From positions 1-64,000 of the IMG/VR virus record IMGVR_UViG_2933073624_000001: 64,000 bases of DNA, one strand, 5' to 3'. A model generated the notes under the pieces. The model worked only from the letters and a program-made list of their open reading frames with translations, ran no database searches and was not told where the DNA came from. The translations under genes and the position numbers were made by a program. This stretch comes from a virus (Duplodnaviria > Caudoviricetes). Shown piece after piece: positions 1 to 10,091 of this stretch; the first letter of the stretch is position 1; every line of letters begins with the position of its first letter.

Positions 1-1188
1 ATGAGCATCCGCGACGTCTACATCGTCGACGCCGTCCGCACCCCGATCGGGAAGTTCGGTGGCGCTCTCGCCCCCGTGCGCCCCGACGACCTCGCGGCCC
101 ATGTCGTACGGTCGCTCGTCGACCGCTCGCCCGCGCTCGACCCGGCCCGCGTCGACGACGTCTACTTCGGTGACGCCAACGGCGCGGGCGAGGACAACCG
201 GGACGTGGCGCGGATGGCCGTCCTGCTCGCCGGACTGCCCGTCACCGTCCCCGGCGTCACCCTCAACCGCCTCTGCGGCTCCGGCCTGGAGGCCGTGATC
301 CAGGCGGCCCGCGCCGTCGCCCTCGGGGACGCCTCCGTGGTGATCGCCGGCGGCGTCGAGTCGATGTCCCGCGCCCCCTGGGTCCTCCAGAAGCCCGAGC
401 GGGCCTTCCCCGCCGGCCACCAGCAGCTCCACTCCACGACGCTCGGCTGGCGCATGACCAACCCGCGGATGCCCGCCGAGTGGACGGTCTCCCTCGGCGA
501 GGGCGCCGAACTGGTCGCCGACAAGCACGGCATCACCCGCGAGCGGCAGGACGCCTTCGCCCTCGCCAGCCACCGCAAGGCCGCCGAGGCCTGGGCGAAG
601 GGCCTGTACGACGACGAGGTCGTGCCCTACCCCGGCGTGGACCTGACCCGCGACGAGTCGATCCGGGACAACACGTCCCCGGAGGCCCTGGCCCGGCTCA
701 AGCCCTCCTTCCGTCCCGAGGGCGGCACCGTCACGGCGGGCAACTCCTCCCCGCTCAACGACGGCGCGGCCGCCCTGCTCCTGGTGGACGAGGAGGGGTT
801 GCGCGAAACCGGCCGCGAACCGCTCGCCCGGATCCGCACCTCCGCCGTCACCGGCATCGAGCCGCAGCTCTTCGGCCTCGGCCCGGTCGAGGCGGCCCGC
901 CGGGCCCTGGGGAAGGCGGGGCGCTCCTTCGCCGACCTGAGGACCTTCGAGCTCAACGAGGCCTTCGCGGCCCAGGCCCTCGGCTGCCTCGCCGAGTGGC
1001 CGGAACTCGACCCGGAGATCGTCAACCCGCGCGGCGGGGCCGTCGCGATCGGCCACCCCCTCGGCGCGTCCGGCGCCCGCCTGGCCGGGTCCGTGGCGCA
1101 CCAGCTCGCGGCGGCCGGCTCGGGCACGGGCCTCGCCGCGCTCTGCATCGGCGTCGGCCAGGGCCTGGCGCTGGTCCTGGAGCGCTGA
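1..1188 (+). CDS. acetyl-CoA C-acyltransferase (thiolase), host gene
   Basis: Thiolase motifs NRLCGSG, NEAFA, GHPLGASG, LCIGVGQG. Confidence 0.95.
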   Translation: MSIRDVYIVDAVRTPIGKFGGALAPVRPDDLAAHVVRSLVDRSPALDPARVDDVYFGDANGAGEDNRDVARMAVLLAGLPVTVPGVTLNRLCGSGLEAVIQAARAVALGDASVVIAGGVESMSRAPWVLQKPERAFPAGHQQLHSTTLGWRMTNPRMPAEWTVSLGEGAELVADKHGITRERQDAFALASHRKAAEAWAKGLYDDEVVPYPGVDLTRDESIRDNTSPEALARLKPSFRPEGGTVTAGNSSPLNDGAAALLLVDEEGLRETGREPLARIRTSAVTGIEPQLFGLGPVEAARRALGKAGRSFADLRTFELNEAFAAQALGCLAEWPELDPEIVNPRGGAVAIGHPLGASGARLAGSVAHQLAAAGSGTGLAALCIGVGQGLALVLER

Positions 1189-1208
1189 GACCGCGCGGAC
1201 GTACGACG

Positions 1209-1238
1209 GAGGGGTACGGGAAGCCTCCCGTACCCCTC
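1209..1238. terminator. hairpin between convergent thiolase and thioredoxin genes
   Basis: GAGGGGTACGGGA-agcc-TCCCGTACCCCTC inverted repeat. Confidence 0.75.
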
Positions 1239-1257
1239 TCGCGTCCGCGCGGGACCC

Positions 1258-1632
1258 CTACTGCTGTGCGTTCCCCTGCGCGTCCGCGATGGACTTGCGG
1301 ACCTCGTCCATGTCCAGCTTCCGCGCCTGGCCGATGAGGTCCTCCAGGGCGGCCTCCGGCAGCGCGCCCGGCTGCGCGAACACGGCCACCTTGTCGCGCA
1401 CGATCATCAGGGTCGGGATCGACTGGATCTCGAACGCCGCCGCCAGCTCCTGCTGCGCCTCGGTGTCCACCTTGGCGAAGACGAGGTCCTCGTGGCGCTC
1501 GGACGCCGCCTCGAAGACCGGCCCGAACTGACGGCAGGGACCGCACCACGAAGCCCAGAAATCGATCAGAACGAACTCGTTGTCGCTCACGATCTCGTCG
1601 AAGTTGTCCTTGGTGAGTTCTACGGTGCTCAT
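1258..1632 (-). CDS. trxA: thioredoxin
   Basis: DFWASWCGPC active site; start MSTVELTK with GGAGG upstream. Confidence 0.93.
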   Translation of the reverse strand: MSTVELTKDNFDEIVSDNEFVLIDFWASWCGPCRQFGPVFEAASERHEDLVFAKVDTEAQQELAAAFEIQSIPTLMIVRDKVAVFAQPGALPEAALEDLIGQARKLDMDEVRKSIADAQGNAQQ

Positions 1633-1689
1633 GTCGTCCTGCCTCCGAGCTGCATGGATAGTGCCGTCTTGGCTGGTTTCCGAGACGCC

Positions 1690-1711
1690 GTGGGAACACT
1701 GTGGGAACACT
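1690..1711. repeat. tandem 11-bp direct repeat GTGGGAACACT x2, probable integrase arm-type sites near attL
   Basis: Exact tandem repeat just upstream of the integrase start; role inferred. Confidence 0.55.
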
Positions 1712-1719
1712 AGGGCCTC

Positions 1720-3456
1720 ATGGCGAGCCTAAACCCGCGCGTGAACAAAGACGGCATCGTTACCAGCCACCAGGTGAAGTGGCGCATGGATGGGGCGTGG
1801 CAGACGGAGACCTTCCTGCCCGAGGACGACGAAGCGGCGGAGATCTTCAAGGCCGCAGTCGAGGAGGCCGGAAATCGCTGGCCTGCCGGGTGGGTGAAGG
1901 GGCTCGGATACGTCAGCTCGCAGGAGCCGGACGAGTCGGCCTACCGCTTCGACAACTACGCCCGCCGCTCGATCGAGAACCGCATGGCCGGCGACTACCA
2001 CAAGCGCCTCCAGATCCGGGCGCTGGAGAACCACATCTTCCCGATCTTCGAGAACTGCGACGTTCGCTCCACGGAGCACTTCTCGAAGGAGACGATCGGC
2101 GCCTGGCTCAACGTGATGAGGAAGAAGAAGGTCCAGTACGGACGCGGGGCCCCGTACCGCCACATGAGCACGGGAACGCTCCGTGGTCTGCTCAAGACCC
2201 TCTCCTCGATCCTGAAAGAGGCCGTCGACGCCGATCCGCCGCTTCGGAGGCGGAACCCCTGCGACCTGGTCACGGTTCCTGACGGCGTCGGCCAGGACGA
2301 GGACTACGACGACGCGGCAGAGTTCATGACCCCGGAAGAGATCGCCGGCCTCATCGACTGCTTCCGCCGCCCCGTGGACCAGATGCTCGTGCGGCTCACG
2401 TACGGAACGGGGCTGCGCTGGGGCGAGGTGACCGCCCTGGCGGCACGGCACGTCCGTATCACCGAGCCCGGCCGGTACGAGGTGCGTGTCACCCGGGCCT
2501 GGAAGCGGCGCACGCCGACGCTGTTCTACCTCGGGCCGCCGAAGACGAAGGCGGGGCGCCGGAGCGTGGAGATCACCGCGGGCCTCTGGCAGGAGCTCCA
2601 GGACTTCGGGCTCGCCGAGCAGCGCCAGGACACGCTGATCTTCCACGACGGATATGGGCAGCGGATCAAGTACGGGACGTTCTACCGGCGTTGGAAGACG
2701 GCGGTCAAAAGGGCCAAGGCGAAGGGTGTCCTGCCGGAGTGGAAGAACCCCACCTTCCATGACCTCAGGCACTCGCATATCGCAGCGTTGATCTCCGACA
2801 GGAACAGCCTCACCTACATCCAGAGGCGCGTCGGCCACGAGTCGATCAAGACCACTAGCGACCGCTACGGCCATCTCCTGGACACGGCCCACCTCGCCGC
2901 CCTGGACACCCTGGACAGGATCCTGGGGACCGGGGGAGCACCGGCCAAGCCGACGCTCGCGGCGTCCGGCCTGGCAACCGCGGCGGTGTACGTGGCGACC
3001 CTCGCTCCGTACTTCGTCGCCTTCGAGTCCGAGGACGACGCGGAGAGGGTCGCAGAGCGCTGGGCGCGGGACCGCGGGGGAGCGGTGCGCATCGAGAAGA
3101 TGACGGAAGACGAGTGGGCCGGCAAGGAGCTGCCCGGCGCGGTGCGCCAGGGAGCAGCGCACCGGGCCTGGATCTGGGAGATGGGCCCGGTCTTCTACAC
3201 CGAGGACGGCTCCGAGGTTCTTACGGTCGCCACCACCGCCGAAATGCGGGCTGGCTGGCGCTGGGACTTCGAGGAGACCTACACGGACGAGCTGGCGCTC
3301 CAGGTGATCGGAAACGATGACGAGAAGGGTCCCCTGGTTCCCGTCCGGGCGTACGGAACGGACGAGGCCGCAGTCCACGAGGCCTTCCTTGCCGCCCGCG
3401 CCGTCGCGGTACAGGGGATGAACGCAGGGGAGGAGCTGTCGGCCGTCGGGCAGTGA
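1720..3456 (+). CDS. int: tyrosine recombinase/integrase with long C-terminal extension
   Basis: TGLRWGE, FHDLRHSH, VGHES, DRYGHL catalytic motifs. Confidence 0.93.
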   Translation: MASLNPRVNKDGIVTSHQVKWRMDGAWQTETFLPEDDEAAEIFKAAVEEAGNRWPAGWVKGLGYVSSQEPDESAYRFDNYARRSIENRMAGDYHKRLQIRALENHIFPIFENCDVRSTEHFSKETIGAWLNVMRKKKVQYGRGAPYRHMSTGTLRGLLKTLSSILKEAVDADPPLRRRNPCDLVTVPDGVGQDEDYDDAAEFMTPEEIAGLIDCFRRPVDQMLVRLTYGTGLRWGEVTALAARHVRITEPGRYEVRVTRAWKRRTPTLFYLGPPKTKAGRRSVEITAGLWQELQDFGLAEQRQDTLIFHDGYGQRIKYGTFYRRWKTAVKRAKAKGVLPEWKNPTFHDLRHSHIAALISDRNSLTYIQRRVGHESIKTTSDRYGHLLDTAHLAALDTLDRILGTGGAPAKPTLAASGLATAAVYVATLAPYFVAFESEDDAERVAERWARDRGGAVRIEKMTEDEWAGKELPGAVRQGAAHRAWIWEMGPVFYTEDGSEVLTVATTAEMRAGWRWDFEETYTDELALQVIGNDDEKGPLVPVRAYGTDEAAVHEAFLAARAVAVQGMNAGEELSAVGQ

Positions 3457-3471
3457 CTTCTTGAACGATGC

Positions 3472-3502
3472 AGAAGGGCCCCTGGAGACCAGGGGCCCTT
3501 CT
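3472..3502. terminator. bidirectional terminator hairpin
   Basis: AGAAGGGCCCCTGG-aga-CCAGGGGCCCTTCT between convergent genes. Confidence 0.85.
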
Positions 3503-3512
3503 CGGTTCTGTA

Positions 3513-4148
3513 CTACCTCGCGTCGCCGAGCTCGGCGCACGGGTGCTCGGTGTAGACGTGCTCGTGGTGCGGCTTGGATGGGGAGGCTTCGTCGCGAGGG
3601 CGGAGGCGGATGGGTACTACGCCTTCGTCCGTGTCCATGAGGCGGGCGCCAGACGCTGGGCGTCTGGCGAACAGGTTTGCTCTCTCCTGCATGACCGAGA
3701 TGACGAGCGCGTTGTGCTCTGCGGCGAGGTCGTCGAACTGTGTCTTGAGCTGAGTTCGCGCGAACCGCTCAGTTTCGAGGCGTCTGTTGGCTTCCTCGAG
3801 GCGTTCAGCCATGTTCGTGATCAGGACTCGCTGGCTCTCCGACGCGGCGGCGAGCTGCTGTTCCCTCTCGGCAAAGGCTCGCAGGCAGTTGGCGGAATCG
3901 GTGGCGAGGCTGATACGTGCTTCGGCGATCGCCGCGAGATCCGAGCGGGTGCGTTCGTGGTGGGCGGTGAACCACTTCTTCATCACGGCCAGCGCAACGA
4001 TCGTGATGACCAGGGCCGGGATGGCGTGCCCAGAGATGTCGAGGAGGACTTCACCTACGGCGTTGCGCGATTCTCGGGGCGCCAGCGTGGTGATCGTGAT
4101 GCCTCCTATGAGGCCACACAGAGATGCGATGGCGGTTTTCGCTGGCAT
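3513..4148 (-). CDS. hypothetical membrane-anchored coiled-coil protein
   Basis: Two hydrophobic N-terminal segments then a coiled-coil-like region; downstream of the repressor. Confidence 0.65.
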   Translation of the reverse strand: MPAKTAIASLCGLIGGITITTLAPRESRNAVGEVLLDISGHAIPALVITIVALAVMKKWFTAHHERTRSDLAAIAEARISLATDSANCLRAFAEREQQLAAASESQRVLITNMAERLEEANRRLETERFARTQLKTQFDDLAAEHNALVISVMQERANLFARRPASGARLMDTDEGVVPIRLRPRDEASPSKPHHEHVYTEHPCAELGDAR

Positions 4149-4171
4149 ATGTGCGGCCCCCTAGGTCGCTT

Positions 4172-4645
4172 CTACGGCCTCCCGGAGGAGGCTGTACCAA
4201 GCCCGGTGTCGGTTTCGTGCTGTAGGCGGATCGCCTGCTCGATGCTGTTGAGGAGCATCTGGCGAATCCTGGGGTCGGTGATGCCCCAGGCGGCTACAGC
4301 AGCTTCGGGAGAAAGCTGTGGCTGTTCGGTCACAGAGCGTACAGCCCAATAAGCGCCTTCTGGCCAGGAATCGGAGGAAATGACTCCTCCTTCGACGAGC
4401 AGCGTTCGAACGTCAACCCCCAGGACCTTGGCGATCGATTCGTACACGGACGGGGTGGGGAGGGTTTGCCCGTCCAGCATGCGACCGATGGCTGATGTGC
4501 TCATCCCGGTATCAATAGCTAGCTGTTTACGCCCGCCGGCGCGTGGTGTCAGGTCGTATCCCGCTTCCTCGGCGAGGCGTCTGACGAGAGCGCCGAAGCG
4601 TTCCGCAGGCGTGTCGCCCGGTGGGGTGGTGTCCATACTCCGCAT
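4172..4645 (-). CDS. XRE-family HTH repressor (CI-like)
   Basis: RKQLAIDTGMSTSAIGRMLDG HTH; divergent from a Cro-like gene; start uncertain (4636-4666). Confidence 0.85.
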   Translation of the reverse strand: MRSMDTTPPGDTPAERFGALVRRLAEEAGYDLTPRAGGRKQLAIDTGMSTSAIGRMLDGQTLPTPSVYESIAKVLGVDVRTLLVEGGVISSDSWPEGAYWAVRSVTEQPQLSPEAAVAAWGITDPRIRQMLLNSIEQAIRLQHETDTGLGTASSGRP

Positions 4646-4660
4646 GCCCATGAGGCTAGC

Positions 4661-4879
4661 GCGCATGCGTGCAACCTATGAACTGGTTGCACGCGTGCAA
4701 ACTCGCAGGTCGCGGGCCGCTTTGGGGCTGTGATCAGATTTCTCCAGGTCAGATGGGGGAGCACTACCGCGCACGCGGTACGAAATTCGCAACCACCGGT
4801 TCTCCCCGTGTCGTAACTTGCACGCATGCAAGCACGTCGCTATGTTCCTCCCATGCATCTACTTGCACGCATGCAAGCA
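4661..4879. promoter_or_regulatory. switch region with four TTGCACGC(A/G)TGCAA-type operators
   Basis: Copies at 4661-4674 (degenerate), 4687-4700 (perfect palindrome), and identical 19-mers at 4816-4834 and 4861-4879. Confidence 0.8.
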
Positions 4880-4913
4880 ACTCGGATGCGTGGACGTACG
4901 AAGGGAGAGGACC

Positions 4914-5144
4914 ATGACCAGGCTCCGGCTCAACGCCAGCGCGTTGAGCGAGCAGGCCGAGAAAGCCGGCGACACCACGAGCTACGCCATCGCGCTCCGT
5001 GCGGGCGTTCAGCCCTCGACGTTGTCGCGACTCCTCAACGGAACCACCACGCCCACCCTCGCGACGCTCGTCGCGTTGAAGACGGCGTACCGGATGGACA
5101 CGATCGACTCGCTCGTCCTGGTGCCCGAGCAGGCATCGGCATGA
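4914..5144 (+). CDS. Cro-like HTH protein
   Basis: SYAIALRAGVQPSTLSRLLNG HTH; GGGAGAGG RBS. Confidence 0.85.
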   Translation: MTRLRLNASALSEQAEKAGDTTSYAIALRAGVQPSTLSRLLNGTTTPTLATLVALKTAYRMDTIDSLVLVPEQASA

Positions 5145-5476
5145 GCCGTCCTGTTCTGGTGCAGCCGTCCGCCGTCGCCGCTCGGGCCGAGTACTGCCGG
5201 TGCACGACCGTGCAGAACTACGACTACGACGAGGCCGCAGCCAAGCTCCGCTGCAAGGCCCGCTTCCTCCAGGACCGGATCAGCAGCCTTCCGCATCAGC
5301 GGCTCGGTGAGTCCGTCTCGTTCTGCGACTGCGAACTCGCAATCATCCGGGCCCTTTTCAGCACCATGCCGAGCTGCATCAAGCCTGCGCTCGACGTCCA
5401 GGAGCAGCCGACGCCGGCGAATGTCCTCCGGTCGATCGCCCCTGCCAGGGCTCGACGGAACAAGACCGGCTCCTAG
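5141..5476 (+). CDS. excisionase-like DNA-binding protein
   Basis: YDYDEAAAKLRC...LPHQRLGESVSF resembles the Xis winged helix; ATGA overlap with Cro. Confidence 0.55.
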   Translation: MSRPVLVQPSAVAARAEYCRCTTVQNYDYDEAAAKLRCKARFLQDRISSLPHQRLGESVSFCDCELAIIRALFSTMPSCIKPALDVQEQPTPANVLRSIAPARARRNKTGS

Positions 5477-5712
5477 GCGACGCCGTCGGGAGCGACGGGC
5501 CTGGCCGGGCCTTAGTCGCCGCCCCCGACGTCGCCGGAACCTCAAGAACTCGCGAATCGAGGAACCGTGAACCAGCACTCTAGCCCCGACCACGACCCGC
5601 GGACCTGCCGACTGTGCGGTCCGCTGCGTCACCCCTCCCACGTGAAGACGCGCCGGGCCCTGGCCGCCCTGCCGCGCCAGGCGGCGCACGCGCCGAAGGG
5701 CGGTGCCCGCTG

Positions 5713-6327
5713 ATGAGGTCTCGCACGCGCATCGACCACGTCGCCGCCGCCACTGCGGCCCGCTGCGAGCCGGGCGTCTTCAAGCTGGTCGGCGTCTACC
5801 GCACCCGGGCGGCCGCCCTGAGCGGCACCGACCTGATCGCCTCGACGACGGCGCCGTTCTACCGGCCCGCCGAGGCGTACGAGGGGTACGTCGCCCCGCA
5901 CGAGGACGGCACGGCGCTGTGGGTCCGCTACGTCCAGGACGTCGCCGACCTGGAGCCGATGCCCCGGTCCATGACCTACCGGATCTGCGACCGGGGCACC
6001 GGGCGCGGCTACGAGGGCGTCAAGGTCGTCACCGTCGAGGTCGACCCCTGGTGCCCGCGCTGCGGCGGACCGCGCGGCACGGCGCGGCCGTCCCGCTTCT
6101 GCGAGGACGGTGAGTACTACAGCGTCCACGAGTGGGACAACCCGTGCGGGCACGTCGACATGTACTTCGAGGTCCTGGCCGAGGCCCGCAAGCGGACGGA
6201 GCGCCTGGAGGCGGCCGCCGCTCGTGCCGCGTGCTCGTGCGACGACGGCCTGATCGAGTACCAGGCGCGTGACGGCGAGTTCGTGACGCTGCGGTGCACC
6301 GAGTGCACGCCGGGCGGTGAGGCGTGA
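5713..6327 (+). CDS. hypothetical protein with Cys-rich zinc-binding motifs
   Basis: CPRCGG, NPCGH, CTEC motifs; coupled to next ORF. Confidence 0.65.
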   Translation: MRSRTRIDHVAAATAARCEPGVFKLVGVYRTRAAALSGTDLIASTTAPFYRPAEAYEGYVAPHEDGTALWVRYVQDVADLEPMPRSMTYRICDRGTGRGYEGVKVVTVEVDPWCPRCGGPRGTARPSRFCEDGEYYSVHEWDNPCGHVDMYFEVLAEARKRTERLEAAAARAACSCDDGLIEYQARDGEFVTLRCTECTPGGEA

Positions 6328-6818
6328 TGACGGATCGCCTGGGCCACTCCGCGTACATCGACCACGCCGCCACGGCGGCACGGGCCAAGCTGCACCCGGG
6401 GGAGTGGCTGTGCGCCGGGTCGTACGAGAACGGCAACTCGGCCGAGAAAGCCGCGCGCCGCATCCGCACGGGTGAGACCGGCTCCTACGCGCGGATCGGT
6501 GTCTTCGCGGCCACCGTCCGCCCGGCGGACGGCTTCCCCGAGGTGTGGGTGCGCTACCTGCGCGCGCCCGGCCAGCCGGCGAAGCCGCTGGACATGCGGC
6601 CCATCGAGGAGGTCGCGGCGCCGCGCGTCGCCCTGAGCGGGGACGCCGGCCGGTTCCAGGCCCTGGTGTCCAGTGCCCTGGCCCGGTACGCGTCCGGTGA
6701 GGACGTGGCCACCGAGCGGTGCACGTGGCACGACCCGGTTCGGGTGGCCGCCGACATCGAGGCGATGGCCGGCCTGCGTCGCCTGCGCCAGTTCCGTAAG
6801 GCCGGGGGTGCGGCATGA
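6324..6818 (+). CDS. hypothetical phage protein
   Basis: Overlapping start/stop coupling on both sides. Confidence 0.6.
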   Translation: MMTDRLGHSAYIDHAATAARAKLHPGEWLCAGSYENGNSAEKAARRIRTGETGSYARIGVFAATVRPADGFPEVWVRYLRAPGQPAKPLDMRPIEEVAAPRVALSGDAGRFQALVSSALARYASGEDVATERCTWHDPVRVAADIEAMAGLRRLRQFRKAGGAA

Positions 6819-7888
6819 CGGTGCTGACCCCTGCTCTGTTCGACCTGCCGGGCGAGGACGCGGTCATTCTGCGAGACGCCCCTGCCGCTCGGCTCCTCCT
6901 GCCCGCCAACGCCTCGCGCTGGGAGTGGGAGGCGGCTCGCCGCCTGGGCCTGGGCGGCTCGGACATCGCGGCGATCCTCGGGCTCGGCGGAGGGAAGTAC
7001 AGCTCCCCGCGCCACGTGTTCGAGGCGAAGCACGGCCGTGCCGAGAAGGTCACGTCCGAGGCCGCCGAGATCGGCACGGAGATCGAGGGCTTCATCGCCC
7101 GGATGTTCACGAAGCGGTCCGGGATCAGGGTGATGATGCCGCCCGGGACGCTGGCGAACGTCGAGCGGCCGTGGATGCTGGCCAACGTCGACCGATACGC
7201 CCTCGACTCCTTCGGCCACGTCGTCGGTCCGCTGGAGTGCAAGAACCGTTCGGCGTATCAGCTCTCCGACTGGGAGAACGGCCAGGTCCCGGACGCTCCG
7301 GCAATCCAGTGCCTCTGGTACATGGCGGTCGGGGGCTGGGACCACGGGTACGTGGCCGCGCTCGTCGGCGGTAACACGCTGCGCTGGCAGCGGATCGAGC
7401 GCGATGAGGAGATCATCGCGGACCTCATCGACTTCTGCGGGGTCTGGTTCGAGCGGCACGTCGTTGAGGGCTTCCCGCCGCCGGCCGACGGTTACGAGGC
7501 CACGACCAAGCTGCTCTCCAAGCTGTGGTCGGTGAAGGCCGAGACGGTCGCCCAGGTCGACCTGGCGCGGGCCAAGGAGCTGCGGGCGCGCCGCGCGGAC
7601 CTCAAGGACCAGGAGAAGGACCTCGCGCACCAGTTGCGGACCGTGGAGAACGAGATGCGGCTGATCGCCGCTGACGCCCCGGTCGTCGAGGCCAACGGCA
7701 AGGTCGCGTGGACCTGGAAGCCGGGGAACTTCGCCCCGAAGCAGTTCGCGGACGCGGAGCCGGAACTGGCCGCCAAGTACACGCGGATGGCGCCCGTGCT
7801 CGACCTCGACCGGCTCAAGGCCGAACGGCCCGAGATCTACGAGAAGTACCGCGGCCGCACCCTCAACGTCCCGAAGAAGGAGATCTGA
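6815..7888 (+). CDS. YqaJ-like viral recombinase exonuclease
   Basis: RRLGLGGSDIAAILG, LANVDR, LECKN, QCLWYM motifs. Confidence 0.92.
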   Translation: MTVLTPALFDLPGEDAVILRDAPAARLLLPANASRWEWEAARRLGLGGSDIAAILGLGGGKYSSPRHVFEAKHGRAEKVTSEAAEIGTEIEGFIARMFTKRSGIRVMMPPGTLANVERPWMLANVDRYALDSFGHVVGPLECKNRSAYQLSDWENGQVPDAPAIQCLWYMAVGGWDHGYVAALVGGNTLRWQRIERDEEIIADLIDFCGVWFERHVVEGFPPPADGYEATTKLLSKLWSVKAETVAQVDLARAKELRARRADLKDQEKDLAHQLRTVENEMRLIAADAPVVEANGKVAWTWKPGNFAPKQFADAEPELAAKYTRMAPVLDLDRLKAERPEIYEKYRGRTLNVPKKEI

Positions 7889-7890
7889 TC

Positions 7891-8964
7891 ATGGCGTTGA
7901 ACTCCCTGAGGGACCGGGTGCGTGCCGCCGTCACCCCTGCGGCCCCGACCGGCGGAACCGTGCAGGAACTCGCCGAGGACGTCCAGTCGGGTCCGTCGGA
8001 GCGGATGCACGAGGCCGCGCGAGGCGAGGCCGGGCCCGTCACGGATCACGCCGCTGCCTGGCTCGCCCGGTACGCCGACGAGTTCACCAAGGCGCTGCCG
8101 TCCCACATGGACGCCGGAGCGTTCCTCGCGGCCGTGCGGACGATCCTGCCGGACTTGGTGCAGTGCACCCCGGCGAGCCTGCTCCAGGCGCTCCTGGCGT
8201 GCGCCCGGTTCGGGCTCCTGCCCGACGGCCGGCACGCGGTCATCACCCGCGAGGGCTCGATCGCCTCGTTCGTGCCGATGGCGCAGGGCTACGTGGAGCT
8301 GATGTACCGCTCGGGCCGGGTCGGTTCGGTGCACGTCGGGATGATCCACGAGGCCGACGAGTGGAGCTACGAGCCGACGGCTCCGGCGCCTGCGGACTTC
8401 GTGCACAAGCCGGCCGTGGCCCTGCCGAAGGCACAGCGCGGCCCGGTGATCCTGGCCTACGCGTTCTGCTGGATGACGTCGGGTGCCCGCTCGCAGGTGA
8501 TCGTGCTGTCCCGGGAGGACGCCGAGGAGATCCGCGACGAGTACTCGGTGGCCTACCAGCGGGCGAAGGAGGCCGGGAGGACGGATTCCTTCTGGCACAC
8601 CGACTTCGACCGGATGTGGGCCAAGAGCGCGCTGCGCCGCCTGCACAAGGTCGTGCCGCTGTCGGCCGAGCTGGTCGCTCTGGAGAAGGCCGACGACGCC
8701 GGGGACGCCGGTGAGGTGCAGGTGATCCACGCCCCGGCCGACGACGTCCAGCTCCTGGCCGACGCGGTCGCCGCGCACCAGGCGGCCGAGGCCTCCCAGG
8801 AGCCGTCGGCCGCGCCGGTCTCGGCGCGGCTGATGCGCAAGCAGCCCCGGCGCACCAGCCGCGAGGGCCGCAAGCAGGAACGGGCCCGAAGCAGCCGGGA
8901 CGCCGCCAGGCGCGACCAGCCCAAGCACCTCGCCCGCAAGGGCCGCAGGAAGGGCCGCCGGTGA
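7891..8964 (+). CDS. recT: RecT-family single-strand annealing protein
   Basis: CTPASLLQALL, QGYVELMYRSG, WHTDFDRMWAKSALRRL; follows YqaJ. Confidence 0.9.
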   Translation: MALNSLRDRVRAAVTPAAPTGGTVQELAEDVQSGPSERMHEAARGEAGPVTDHAAAWLARYADEFTKALPSHMDAGAFLAAVRTILPDLVQCTPASLLQALLACARFGLLPDGRHAVITREGSIASFVPMAQGYVELMYRSGRVGSVHVGMIHEADEWSYEPTAPAPADFVHKPAVALPKAQRGPVILAYAFCWMTSGARSQVIVLSREDAEEIRDEYSVAYQRAKEAGRTDSFWHTDFDRMWAKSALRRLHKVVPLSAELVALEKADDAGDAGEVQVIHAPADDVQLLADAVAAHQAAEASQEPSAAPVSARLMRKQPRRTSREGRKQERARSSRDAARRDQPKHLARKGRRKGRR

Positions 8965-9299
8965 CGGCGGATTCCCGCCCCCTGCCCGTGGGGACGCGCC
9001 CTGGCCTTCGGGCCGGGGCCGTCCCCCGGGACCGGGGCACGACGGCGCGGAGGTGGGCCTCGTGACGGTCCTGTCCGCGCTCACGGCGGCCCTGGCCGCC
9101 ACCGCCCTGCTGATCCACGTGGCGCGCGGCCTGGCCGCCCGCGCCGCCGGGCCGGCCGCCGGATTCCGGCCCGGCCCGCTGTGGGTGTGGTGCCCCGCCG
9201 AGGAGCGCCCGACCCCGCATTCCGTCGACACCGGCGCCCGCCGGTGCCGCTCCTGCAAGACCACGAGTTCGACGACCCCGACGACAGAGGAGACGCGCG

Positions 9300-10091
9300 A
9301 TGCTGCATGAGCCGTTCGGACCCGAATACGTCCGGCCCCGGCAGGCCGACTGCCCCGACTGCGGGTGCTGCACGGCCGCCCTGTGCGACCGGGGCCGTAC
9401 CAGCGTGATGCGCTGCCACGGGCACGTCGACAACGACCACCACCTGATGGTGCGGGAGTGCCCGTGCTCGGCGGAGACGACCGCGCAGACGGCGGCCTGG
9501 CACATGGCCCGGGCCAACGCGACGCGCCTCGCGGTGGAGCGGCTGCTGCCGGCCGACGTCGAGGCGATGCTGCGGGCCCTGGCGGACGGCGTGGTCCCCG
9601 AGGACCCGGCGAACCTGTTCCCCCAGCTGTACCTCCGGGGCCTGGCGCGCGTCGTCGACGAGGTGCGGGCGATCACGGAGATGGGCCGCGTGTACCTGCG
9701 GGCCCGTGACGGGCAGCGGACGGTCACGCGCGTCCAGGTCGTCGCCGTGGACGAGAAGGCGGACCGGGCGGAGGTCGTGATCCCGGCGTGGCGGCCCGGC
9801 GAGCGGGTCGCCGTGCTGGGGCACCAGATCGTGAGCAACTCCGGCATCGCGAAGGACCTGCTGCCGGGCCTGTGGCTGGAGGCGGAGGTCAACTGCGACG
9901 CGGCGGGCGTGGAGGAGTTGGTCGTCACGCAGTTCCGCAGCCCGACGCCGCCGCCCGCCGAACCTGTCCCGCCCGCCGCGCCCGAGCCGGTTGCGCGGGT
10001 GCAGGCGGCCGCGCCCCTGCCGGCCATGGTGCCGGTCGACGAACCGGCGCTCGCGGTGCCGCTGTGGATGCGCGGCGGAGGTGCGTCGTGA
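9300..10091 (+). CDS. hypothetical protein with N-terminal Cys cluster
   Basis: GAGGAG RBS; CPDCGCC motif. Confidence 0.6.
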   Translation: MLHEPFGPEYVRPRQADCPDCGCCTAALCDRGRTSVMRCHGHVDNDHHLMVRECPCSAETTAQTAAWHMARANATRLAVERLLPADVEAMLRALADGVVPEDPANLFPQLYLRGLARVVDEVRAITEMGRVYLRARDGQRTVTRVQVVAVDEKADRAEVVIPAWRPGERVAVLGHQIVSNSGIAKDLLPGLWLEAEVNCDAAGVEELVVTQFRSPTPPPAEPVPPAAPEPVARVQAAAPLPAMVPVDEPALAVPLWMRGGGAS

